Position numbers and translations under genes: made by a program. 64,000 nt of DNA from Armatimonadota bacterium (GTDB lineage: Bacteria > Armatimonadota > HRBIN16): assembly GCA_963677485.1 (NCBI GenBank), contig OY781964.1:3648001-3712000 (forward strand), written 5' to 3'. Within the stretch, counting starts at the first letter, position 1; each line of letters opens with the position of its first letter. A model generated the notes under the pieces. The model was given only the letters and a program-made list of their open reading frames with translations, searched no databases and was not told the origin of the DNA. Shown piece after piece: positions 1 through 8,847 of the stretch.

Positions 1-87
1 TAACCCCTTTCACGATGTGTTGAAGACCGGTACCCATGATTTGGATACCGGCCAACTGCTATATGACGCTTCAGAACCGGTCTGACG

Positions 88-1917
88 TCACTTTATAATG
101 TATTTTCGTCGGGCTTTATCTATACCTTGATCACGCTTGCTTTCGTCAAGGTGCCACATGCCACCCCGCTGATAGAAAGCAGGAAACGCGCTGAGAACCG
201 AAGCCACACGGCGTCGGGTGGTTTGTCGAATCACATTGACTTCCGCTAACACACCTGCGAACTCTAAACCGCGGCGGTTATCTGTGAGTACCTTGCAGAT
301 GACATCGAAGGTCGCTTCGCCATGGATGTTGGCTGCGTAGCTGTATAGCGCTTCCACCCTGTTCTGAGATAAGTGTACCCGCGAATCAATCGCATCAGTC
401 CAATTCAAGCGGTATACACCAGTTGTCTCGGTTTTGCTTATCTCAAAGGTGGCACCACTTGGTGCCTCACGCTGCATGTAGAATTCAAACAAGCCATACA
501 GCAATCGTGTGGTGTGATTGAGGTAGATGTCATACCACTTTTCGGTCTGGCCATCGATGAAGGTCAGGAGCTGTTTCTGTGGCCCGCCGGCAAAGAAGCC
601 TTTCGGAATCTGGCAAAGCGGGAAGGTACCCAGCTCTTTGTGCCTCATTTTAAGCACACAACTGATGGTGGTGGGTTCAGGGACGATGATGTATTCGTCG
701 TTCTCTTCATCCAGCACGTCCAGCACGACCGGGTCCATGATGTCACTTTTCAGTGTTCCAAGGAATCCTTCGTCTTTCAGATCGACCTCAAGCTCTTCGC
801 CGCTGTCTTCATCATAAAAATGAACGACAGGGAAGGTGAGGCTATCTGGGATGGAGTCCGTGTAGACTGGGAAGATAGTCTCTGGAGCAAATCGAGAACC
901 ACCGACCCATAACACACCATCGGAGGCTTGCAGCACTCGGCACACCGTCTTTATATCTTGTTTATAGGTGCTGTCGATTGAGGTGCGCTCATACAGATTG
1001 GTGACAATCTCTGATGCGTCTACCACGCTGCCTTGCTGATTGATATAGGCAATGATGGTTCCTACACCCTCTTCGCTCAAAGCGAGTGGCTCAGCCATCT
1101 GTTCTGCCATTTGGGCATTCACGGCATCCATCTCTGGTTTCAGCGAATCAATCCAGCTTGCTGCCAGCTCGTTAGATGCCAGGTGAGGCACGCTCACATC
1201 ACAACCGGGCTCAAAAGCCGGTATAACCACGGCACCCTGGATGCTCATCAGATGCTCAAAACAGGCGAGGCTGTTAAACGCCTTCGGGTCGTGGCGCCAG
1301 TTCAGGTAAGCCAGTGTGCGTACAGAAACAGGTCCTTCTGCGGCATCAAGCAGTGCCAGAACCGACTCATCGGTGCCATCGTAGCGTATCTTTGCTTTTT
1401 TGCTGCGCATCTTTTCGGCCGCGGCATAGTCGACGAAGTTGGTAAATGCCATATCTTCATCGGTGCCATCTTGATCGACTTGAAACAGCCAGTCTTTAAT
1501 GCCTACACGCCCATCAGATGTGTGGAAGTAGTAGTTACCGATCAGCCTTTGCATACTCTCTGCCAGTATATCTGCGGGGCGCTGATATACTTTCGCCATC
1601 GGAATGATCACGGCATTTAGTCGCACTGGCTGTCCGCAGAACTGCAGCAGATGGTCGAGAAGGTAGGTCATCGGGCGGCTTGAATCCTCAAACCCTATAG
1701 ATAAACCCCATTTTCGATCAGACTGCACAAATAACTGACTGTTTGATACCAGTGTGTAGCGGATGACAGTCATGTCCGACCCCGGCACATGAAATCTCGC
1801 CGCGATATCTTTAAGAGCGGCTGGTTCGCCGAGGTTCAGCAGGGTGCTGACCATAGCGGCGCGCAGATATCCCTTGGCAAAATCGCCGGTGGATACCTGA
1901 GTTGCCTTTGTACTCAT
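88..1917 (-). CDS. Hypothetical protein with several winged-helix-like segments
   Basis: 609-aa ORF with GGAGG RBS. Recurring 'L..LL...G.P.....I......R..L....F.....W.L' segments resemble HARE-HTH/RNAP delta-type wHTH domains (inference). Confidence 0.6.
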   Translation of the reverse strand: MSTKATQVSTGDFAKGYLRAAMVSTLLNLGEPAALKDIAARFHVPGSDMTVIRYTLVSNSQLFVQSDRKWGLSIGFEDSSRPMTYLLDHLLQFCGQPVRLNAVIIPMAKVYQRPADILAESMQRLIGNYYFHTSDGRVGIKDWLFQVDQDGTDEDMAFTNFVDYAAAEKMRSKKAKIRYDGTDESVLALLDAAEGPVSVRTLAYLNWRHDPKAFNSLACFEHLMSIQGAVVIPAFEPGCDVSVPHLASNELAASWIDSLKPEMDAVNAQMAEQMAEPLALSEEGVGTIIAYINQQGSVVDASEIVTNLYERTSIDSTYKQDIKTVCRVLQASDGVLWVGGSRFAPETIFPVYTDSIPDSLTFPVVHFYDEDSGEELEVDLKDEGFLGTLKSDIMDPVVLDVLDEENDEYIIVPEPTTISCVLKMRHKELGTFPLCQIPKGFFAGGPQKQLLTFIDGQTEKWYDIYLNHTTRLLYGLFEFYMQREAPSGATFEISKTETTGVYRLNWTDAIDSRVHLSQNRVEALYSYAANIHGEATFDVICKVLTDNRRGLEFAGVLAEVNVIRQTTRRRVASVLSAFPAFYQRGGMWHLDESKRDQGIDKARRKYIIK

Positions 1918-1980
1918 TGCACTACCTCCAGAATTTTATATTCCATTACCGGTTACGCGTTGAACCGGATGATTTCCAAT

Positions 1981-3318
1981 TTAAGGCGACGATATAATCT
2001 GCGCTTGCAGATCGTAACTGTCGGCACCGGTGATAATCACATCCACGAACTCACCGGGCACAAGATCGCGTGCTGTTACGTATACAGAACCATCAATTTC
2101 CGGTGCATCTCTAAAGCTGCGCCCCTGAAATAACCTCGGTTTTCCTTGAACACGCTGTTCAATCAAAACCTGCATAGACCGTCCGATCCATGCGTGATTT
2201 CGCTGATAACTGGTCAGCCGCTGCTGCCTCATTAGCTTATCATACCGATGCATGGCCACTTTGGCAGGAATCTGGTTATCAAGAGCCGCTGCCGGCGTCC
2301 CTTCTTCTGCAGAATAGACGAAGGCCCCCAGTCTATCGAACTGAGCCTCCTCACAGAATGCCAGTAAAGCATCGAACTGGGCATCGGTTTCGCCAGGAAA
2401 TCCCACTATCATCGAAGTGCGTAGTGCCAAATCCGGGTTGGCCTCTCTCAGCCGCTTCAATAGCTCCAGAGTTGGCAGCTTGCTATGGCTGCGTTTCATC
2501 AACCGCAACAGCTCATCTTCGCTGTGTTGCAGCGGCATATCGATGTAGGGCACTATCCCAGGAAGTGTGGTCAGTGCTGTCACCAATCGGTCGTCCAACC
2601 GGGTGGGGTAGGCATACATCACTCGTATCCATGGGAAGCTGTCCATCGCACTCAGTTCACCGAGTAGTTCTGGCAGCATCGACTGTCCTGAGATGTCCAA
2701 CCCATACTGCGTAGTATCCTGAGCGATCACTACCAGCTCTTTCACACCGAGTGAGGCCAGGTTCTCGGCCTCAGCCATCACACGAGCCATCGGCTTACTG
2801 ATGTGCCTTCCCCGAAAGCTGGGTATGGTGCAAAAACTGCATCGGTGGTCACAACCCTCAGATATTTTCAGGTATGCACTCCAGTTTGGTGCCGAGAGCG
2901 TGCGGTCGGAAACCTCTGCCCACTGGTGTGAGGGGGCCGGTGGGACGGCGTCACCAATGGTGCCCGCTATCGCTTGCTGCATGACCTGTTCGATCTGTGC
3001 CATTTGACCGACACCGCACACCGCGTCTACCTGCACTAATCCGTTAAGTGACTTTGCACCTAGCCTTTGCGACAGGCATCCTGCCGCGATCAGCTTACCG
3101 CCAGTGCGTGCGAGCGTCTGCTTCAGTTGCTTCAGCGTAGCAAGTGATTCATCCTGCGCTGATTTAATGAAGCCGCAGGTGTTTACAATCACGACATCAG
3201 CGTGCGCAGGGTCTCCTGAAATGTCGTGACCGGCGCGCCTGAGCACACCGGCCATCTCTTCGGCATCCACAGTGTTCTTGGGACAGCCCAGGTTTACGAT
3301 GGCAACTCGATAACCCAA
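1981..3318 (-). CDS. rimO: Ribosomal protein S12 methylthiotransferase RimO
   Basis: LGCPKNTVD N-terminus, NTCGFI, radical SAM CDHRCSFC, DAPEIDG before the TRAM domain; GGAGG RBS before TTG. Confidence 0.93.
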   Translation of the reverse strand: MGYRVAIVNLGCPKNTVDAEEMAGVLRRAGHDISGDPAHADVVIVNTCGFIKSAQDESLATLKQLKQTLARTGGKLIAAGCLSQRLGAKSLNGLVQVDAVCGVGQMAQIEQVMQQAIAGTIGDAVPPAPSHQWAEVSDRTLSAPNWSAYLKISEGCDHRCSFCTIPSFRGRHISKPMARVMAEAENLASLGVKELVVIAQDTTQYGLDISGQSMLPELLGELSAMDSFPWIRVMYAYPTRLDDRLVTALTTLPGIVPYIDMPLQHSEDELLRLMKRSHSKLPTLELLKRLREANPDLALRTSMIVGFPGETDAQFDALLAFCEEAQFDRLGAFVYSAEEGTPAAALDNQIPAKVAMHRYDKLMRQQRLTSYQRNHAWIGRSMQVLIEQRVQGKPRLFQGRSFRDAPEIDGSVYVTARDLVPGEFVDVIITGADSYDLQAQIISSP

Positions 3319-3430
3319 TACGACCTCCCATACAGATAAAATGAGTCACTATTCAGTATTATAGCTGAGGGAGTTGGTAGCGTCAAAGTAACCGGTTGTA
3401 TAAACCGACAGAAAAACCAGATTCTAGCTC

Positions 3431-3474
3431 CAAAATACACACGGATCGGCCTGCACAGCCGATCCGTGTGTATT
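3431..3474 (-). terminator. Intrinsic terminator downstream of nrfA
   Basis: Perfect 17-bp inverted repeat aatacacacggatcggc/gccgatccgtgtgtatt, ending in a T run on the minus strand. Confidence 0.7.
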
Positions 3475-3504
3475 CGGTATAGAAACTGTAGAACGGGTCC
3501 TCTG

Positions 3505-4836
3505 CTATTTCTTCAGGAATGCGACCTTCAACCGTGCCTGCTGAGCGAGGTCAATAGCACTGGCCAGCACACGGGCACTCTCCTGCGGAGCGTGGATTCC
3601 CATGCCGTTGTTCGCAGCGGCGTAATCCCAACGCATTTGAGCGCGGCGGATCAGGTCACGGGCAGGCTGCAGTTGAGTATCGTTGTATCCGGCTTTCATC
3701 GCTGCCCCGACCTCTTCGTGTGCCGAAACCAGAGCGTCTTCTGCCCGGATCAGCATTTCATGCTGACGGTCTTGAATCTGGTAGACACGCTGGATGGTTT
3801 CCTCTTTGGTCCAGTGGTGACAGACCATGCAGGAGTTCTCCACATTTTTCAGTGGGCTTTGCACGTGGTGATCGGAGAATTTCACGCCGCCTTCACTGCG
3901 GTAGGGCATATGGCAGTCAGCACAAGCGACACCGCGCTGAGCGTGGATGCCGTTTTGGAACATCTCATAGTCAGGGTGCTGCATTTTGATCATCTTGGTT
4001 CCACTGATCTTATGAACCCAGTCCACATGCTTCACATCATCGGTGTAGTATTTTTCGATGTTGTCAATATTAGTGCCGCGCTTCCATGGGAAGGTCAAGT
4101 AGGTTCCCTTTTTGGTGTCACCAGGCTGTTTCGCGAAATAATACTCCACATGGCATTGAGCACACACCAGTGAGCGCATCTCTTGCAGACTGGCTTTGTC
4201 CACATCTTTACCCATCGCTTTGAAGGCCTCACGCAGTGCTGGGCGGGTGATGGTCAGATTCATGGTCTTTCTGTCGTGGCAATCTGCACAGCCGATAGGG
4301 TGTTGGACCTGCTTGTTGATGTCCTCAAAATGGGACTGATAGAACTTTCCTATGCCCATCTGGCTCATCAGGATAGGCACTTCAGGGCTTTTGCAGGTCA
4401 TACAGGTGCCGGGCTGCGGTGTTCCGCCTCGCTTTGGATCGCGTCTGGCGGTGCTTCGAACATCTTCCAGAGCATGCATATGACCTCGGGGCTGGTTATA
4501 CTCGATGGAGAAGGGGTAGCCTGCCCAAAGTATCTTCAAACGCGGGTCATTTTTCAAATAGCTGACCTTATTCGGGCCACAGTATTTGGTCTGAGTCCCG
4601 CCCTCGATGGTCTTTTGCCAAGTGCCATACTCTCTGGGGAAGTTGCGTCCCCACACGGCACTGTCTGAGGTGTTTGGCGGGATGGGGGTCATCAACTGTG
4701 GAACCATAGCGGCTTCCTGCCGACGTTCCACAATGGAGGTCACCAGCATTCCTAATACGAATGTCACCACCATAGCTACGCTAAATAACGCCCATCCCTT
4801 CCATGAGTTGGGTGCCGGTTTTTGATTATTGCTCAT
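3505..4836 (-). CDS. nrfA: Ammonia-forming cytochrome c nitrite reductase catalytic subunit (cytochrome c552)
   Basis: Active-site CMTCK (CxxCK) plus four CxxCH motifs, CAQCHVEYY and KMQHPDYE; N-terminal TM helix. Start moved to MSNNQK after a GGAGG RBS. Confidence 0.95.
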   Translation of the reverse strand: MSNNQKPAPNSWKGWALFSVAMVVTFVLGMLVTSIVERRQEAAMVPQLMTPIPPNTSDSAVWGRNFPREYGTWQKTIEGGTQTKYCGPNKVSYLKNDPRLKILWAGYPFSIEYNQPRGHMHALEDVRSTARRDPKRGGTPQPGTCMTCKSPEVPILMSQMGIGKFYQSHFEDINKQVQHPIGCADCHDRKTMNLTITRPALREAFKAMGKDVDKASLQEMRSLVCAQCHVEYYFAKQPGDTKKGTYLTFPWKRGTNIDNIEKYYTDDVKHVDWVHKISGTKMIKMQHPDYEMFQNGIHAQRGVACADCHMPYRSEGGVKFSDHHVQSPLKNVENSCMVCHHWTKEETIQRVYQIQDRQHEMLIRAEDALVSAHEEVGAAMKAGYNDTQLQPARDLIRRAQMRWDYAAANNGMGIHAPQESARVLASAIDLAQQARLKVAFLKK

Positions 4837-4867
4837 CTTTACAGAGCCTCCTGCAGGCAATCTGGAT

Positions 4868-5443
4868 TTAGTCACGGTGTTTAAACGGGTTTGTTAAAAT
4901 GGAAGGCAGTTTCGGAGCAGATACATTCGGTGCTGAAGCCAGGCTATGCACATCGCCGTGAGGCACAGAACGGTGACAGTCGTTGCAGTTCCGCTGCCCA
5001 GGCTGTAGTGAAGGGATATTGGACACTAACAAGCCGTGACATCGCTGACAGTTTTCCTGGATGACACCTACCGATGCGGGATGTGCCCTAATCACTTGTG
5101 GTTCAAGACGTAACGCGAACATCGCCGAATGGCGGGAACCGTCTTTAGCCTTGAACGCGTATTTACGAATGATGGAGTTGTGGGGAACATGACAGTCATT
5201 ACATACTGTGACTGATCTGTGGCTGCCTCGCTGCCAGGTAGCGTATTCGGGCACCATGATGTGGCAGTTAATACACGTGCGGCTGTCCTCGCCCAGGTAA
5301 CTGTGTGCTTCAGACACCCGAAATGCCAGTAAACCGAGACCTACCATGACACCAAGAACAGCGTAGCACGGCATACGCCATGCTGAAGGTACGAACGCCA
5401 AAGTCAGAATCTGACCTAACATGCGTGTGATCCATGATGCCAC
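4868..5443 (-). CDS. nrfH: Tetraheme cytochrome c nitrite reductase small subunit
   Basis: Four CxxCH motifs (CINCH, CNDCH, CQRCH, CNDCH) and a TM anchor; directly upstream of nrfA. Start is GTG 5443 or ATG 5422. Confidence 0.92.
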   Translation of the reverse strand: MASWITRMLGQILTLAFVPSAWRMPCYAVLGVMVGLGLLAFRVSEAHSYLGEDSRTCINCHIMVPEYATWQRGSHRSVTVCNDCHVPHNSIIRKYAFKAKDGSRHSAMFALRLEPQVIRAHPASVGVIQENCQRCHGLLVSNIPSLQPGQRNCNDCHRSVPHGDVHSLASAPNVSAPKLPSILTNPFKHRD

Positions 5444-5707
5444 TATACATACCTCTGTGTGATGTGATAGTAGTATACCTGATGATTTTACTGGTATATA
5501 GATTATTGTGGCGAAAATGCTGTTTGTTTTCAAATACTGAAGTTGGCTTACCATGCAGGCACCATAGTATACGTAGTGGATCGTTGTTATATATAGGTGC
5601 TCTGGGTGAAGTGATCTGCTGCTATCCGGTTTCCTTTCGTGCTGTAGTCTGCCATAATATATATGGAGTGCAGCTAGCTCTACAAGTTTAGGAGAACCAA
5701 TCCGCCC

Positions 5708-6772
5708 ATGCTAACCACCATCACCTTTATTCTGATGCTCGGTGTCCTGGTCGTCGCTCACGAATTCGGGCATTTCATTGTAGCGAAGTTGTGCAAAATG
5801 AAGGTCGAAGAGTTCGCGGTTGGAATGGGGCCGCGCGTCGTGCGGCTGGGCAAGAGAGCCGAAACCGAATACAACATCAGAGCGTTCCCTATCGGCGGGT
5901 TTGTGAAAATCACAGGTATGGAAGCCGACCCCAGCGCGGAGCCGGTGGCGGGCGAGTTTTACTCGCGGCCGTTATGGCAGCGTGCGCTGGTGGTGCTGGC
6001 TGGTCCGGTGATGAGCCTGTTGCTGGGATATGTGATCTTCTGCGGAATGGGAATGACCGTGGGTGTGGAGAATCCTGACCGCCCACTGAACCAGGTTTAC
6101 TATGTGCAGCCTAAAACCGAGGCCGAGCGCATGGGCTTGAAGTCTGGTGACACGATCGCAAAGATCAATGATGTCAAAGTGACGACAGGCAACCAGATGA
6201 TGAAGATCATCCATGACAGCCCAGGCCAACGCATCAAACTGGTGGTCACATCCCAGGATGGCGATGAGAGATCGCTGTATGGCACGCCAAAGCCGACGCC
6301 TGTTGCCGCCGCCGATCAGGTAGATGGCCGGAAGGTTCGCGGGCTGCTTGGTTTCGTGCCGAAGTTTGAGACCCAGCGCCTAGGTGTGGTTGGATCGATT
6401 GTCAACGGAACACTGGTCACTAAATACATGCTTCTGGAGATACCGAAGGCTGTGTTCAGCTCGAAGGTCAAGGACAACATCGGCGGGCCGGTGGCAATAG
6501 TCAACATCACCAACAGTGCCAGCAAGCAGGGGCCAGCCGCCGTATTAGCACTCACAGCCTCGTTGAGCGTGACCCTTGGCTTTTTCAACCTTCTGCCGAT
6601 ACCCGTGCTTGACGGTGGACATCTGTTGCTGTTCTTTGTGGAGTTCCTGCGCAGGGGCAAGAGGCTGAGTGCCAAACTGCAGAACGCGGTGCAGACCGTG
6701 GGACTTGCTCTGCTGTTGACCCTCTTTGTGCTGGTGACCGTGAACGACCTATCGAAGCTATTCACCCATTAG
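5708..6772 (+). CDS. rseP: RIP metalloprotease RseP (M50) with PDZ domain
   Basis: HEFGH zinc motif, PIGGFV, AGPVMS, NLLPIPVLDGGH. Confidence 0.93.
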   Translation: MLTTITFILMLGVLVVAHEFGHFIVAKLCKMKVEEFAVGMGPRVVRLGKRAETEYNIRAFPIGGFVKITGMEADPSAEPVAGEFYSRPLWQRALVVLAGPVMSLLLGYVIFCGMGMTVGVENPDRPLNQVYYVQPKTEAERMGLKSGDTIAKINDVKVTTGNQMMKIIHDSPGQRIKLVVTSQDGDERSLYGTPKPTPVAAADQVDGRKVRGLLGFVPKFETQRLGVVGSIVNGTLVTKYMLLEIPKAVFSSKVKDNIGGPVAIVNITNSASKQGPAAVLALTASLSVTLGFFNLLPIPVLDGGHLLLFFVEFLRRGKRLSAKLQNAVQTVGLALLLTLFVLVTVNDLSKLFTH

Positions 6773-6791
6773 TTTGAGTGTGAACACAGAC

Positions 6792-7256
6792 ATGCAGCCC
6801 ATAGTACGGCATGCCCACACTGGCGATGTGGTGGCCATGCAGCAGCTTATCAATGGCTTTGCCTCGAAAGATGAGATGCTGAGCCGCAGCCTGTCGCAGC
6901 TTTACGAAAACCTGCGCGACTTCTTCGTTGTGGAGTTCGACAACGAGATATGCGGCTGCGCGGCCTTGCACGTGACCTGGAAGGACCTGGCTGAGGTGAA
7001 AAGCCTGGCTGTCGCCCAGTCTGCACAGGGCAAGGGATATGGCCGGATGCTGGTGCAGCGGTGCCTGCAGGAAGCCAAGGTTGTGCGTGTTGATAAGGTG
7101 TTTGCGCTGACATACAAGCCGGAGTTTTTCGTGAAGCTGGGATTTCGCATCTGCGACCGTGCGGAGCTTCCGCGCAAAGTATGGACAGAGTGCGTGCATT
7201 GCCCGAAATTCTATGACTGCCACGAAATCGCTGTGATCACAGAGGTGCCTTCATGA
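6792..7256 (+). CDS. GNAT N-acetyltransferase, short ArgA-like (amino-acid N-acetyltransferase)
   Basis: LYENLRDF, AEVKSLAV, QGKGYG acetyl-CoA motif, LPRKVWTECVHC. Start uncertain (6774-6792). Confidence 0.8.
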   Translation: MQPIVRHAHTGDVVAMQQLINGFASKDEMLSRSLSQLYENLRDFFVVEFDNEICGCAALHVTWKDLAEVKSLAVAQSAQGKGYGRMLVQRCLQEAKVVRVDKVFALTYKPEFFVKLGFRICDRAELPRKVWTECVHCPKFYDCHEIAVITEVPS

Positions 7257-7834
7257 CCCCCAGGTTTATTAGCCTCGAGGGCATAGAGGGCTCTGGTAAA
7301 AGCAGTCTGGCTAAGGCGATCGCTCAGGGATTAGCGGACAGGCAGGTGGGGTGCTGGTTGACAGCCGAGCCGTATGATAAAGCCATCCGAAGTATATTAC
7401 TGGACGGTCGTAAACTGAACGCCGAAGCGGAACTGTTGCTGTTCCTGGCTGATAGAGCGGCCCACCGTGATGAGATACAGGCGCACCTGCAGCAAGGCGA
7501 TTGGGTTGTCTGCGACCGCTACCTCGACAGTACCAATGTGTATCAGGGCTACGCGCGCGGCTTTGAACTGGCCGTAGTGAAGAGCATGAACGCATTCGCA
7601 GCGGCTGATTTGATTCCTGAAGTGACATTGCTGCTTGATTTGCCTGTTGATATCGGCCTTTCACGCCAGGTGGAGCTGAACCGAATAGGGGCTGAGAAGC
7701 TGGCGTTCCATCAGATGGTTCGGGATGGCTTCCTGGCAGAGGCGACACTCAGTCCGTCGCGTTTTAAAATCATTGATGCCACACAGCCAATAGATACCGT
7801 GTTGATGCAAGCTCTTGGATATCTAGGGTTGTAG
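7253..7834 (+). CDS. tmk: Thymidylate kinase
   Basis: EGIEGSGKS P-loop, ELLLFLADRAAH, CDRYLDST..YQG; canonical bacterial Tmk. Confidence 0.92.
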   Translation: MTPRFISLEGIEGSGKSSLAKAIAQGLADRQVGCWLTAEPYDKAIRSILLDGRKLNAEAELLLFLADRAAHRDEIQAHLQQGDWVVCDRYLDSTNVYQGYARGFELAVVKSMNAFAAADLIPEVTLLLDLPVDIGLSRQVELNRIGAEKLAFHQMVRDGFLAEATLSPSRFKIIDATQPIDTVLMQALGYLGL

Positions 7835-7844
7835 ATTGTAACGA

Positions 7845-8025
7845 ACTTGGTTGGCTATGTCCGGGGCGGTCTGTCAGTACGCCTGCGGAGGCCACTGTCT
7901 ATAGACCGCGCCGGTCTTTTTCCTGACACAAATCTTTCAGGGCTATCCGCCAGACCGGCGCGGTCTCGAGCCTTCTGCAGCCGCTAGCCTACGCACAGAC
8001 CGCCCCGGACAGTGGCCATACAAGT
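7845..8025 (+). ncRNA. Candidate structured ncRNA (~181-nt rod-like hairpin, 6S-like size) or foldback element
   Basis: Nested stems 7858-7874/7995-8011 (17 bp perfect), 7883-7892/7970-7980, 7903-7917/7952-7966 (15 bp perfect) and 7922-7926/7937-7941. Mismatches read as G-U pairs on the + strand. Confidence 0.45.
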
Positions 8026-8292
8026 CGGTGTGTCGCAAGAGCAGTAAGATGGATCGTCTCGTGCGTATCTCCGCCTCTTTTACAGCATCGTAAGGTGCTT
8101 CCTTAACCATGCATATCTCCGTTAATCGACCGTATATGGTGGAAACCTGCTTGTGTGGTGGTCTGTTATTACCACAGATTCTTATCAATATGAAAAAAAG
8201 ACACCTACAACTTGCGTTATGACGAATGCCTTAACGGTATAATAATAGTACAATTGTGACCGTGCTATACTGCTTCTTTGGAGGTCTCCAGG

Positions 8293-8610
8293 ATGGGACG
8301 CGACATTACGCATATTTTCCGAATCGATACTATACAACCAAACCCAGTCACTCGCCTAGAGCTGCATTTGCCTCAAAGTGCTTTATCAAAGTGGGCAGCC
8401 GCGATTGCGAATGTGCTGGAATCAGATCCCCCTTCTGTCGATCGTGCTGTATTCTTTGATAATTTACCGGGATTGGGACGGGTTCACCACCTTGTGAAGC
8501 GTCGTACTCCAGAAAACACCATCGAATATCTTGTTGATGGGGTGCCCGTACAGGAGAGCAGCTTGCGCGGTGTACGCTATCAGCTTTTTCAGAAGGCGGT
8601 TCACCGCTAG
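8293..8610 (+). CDS. Hypothetical protein
   Basis: 105-aa ORF with GGAGG RBS (8280-8284) and an upstream TATAAT (8238-8243). Confidence 0.6.
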   Translation: MGRDITHIFRIDTIQPNPVTRLELHLPQSALSKWAAAIANVLESDPPSVDRAVFFDNLPGLGRVHHLVKRRTPENTIEYLVDGVPVQESSLRGVRYQLFQKAVHR

Positions 8611-8847
8611 ACGTCCTTCTTGTTTAAAGCCTTCGATGGTGGAACCTCTTATGCCAGCCTGTCATTGCATACAGTTGTCATAGAGAGTTCCTGTTCATTT
8701 TGCCAGTATTACGATCAATGCGGTTCGTAATCATCAGTTTTTCGCGTATGCTATTATTAGTAAAGAAATGTATCCATTGTGCCTCTATGGGTAAGGTGGG
8801 TATGTCAAACTGTGGACTGCCGCCATCACGGCACTTAGGAGGCTCCT

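Noticed and set aside
7943-8188. 81-aa minus-strand ORF (possible toxin overlapping the hairpin)
   Set aside because: No TM helix or recognisable motif and an uncertain start; insufficient support.
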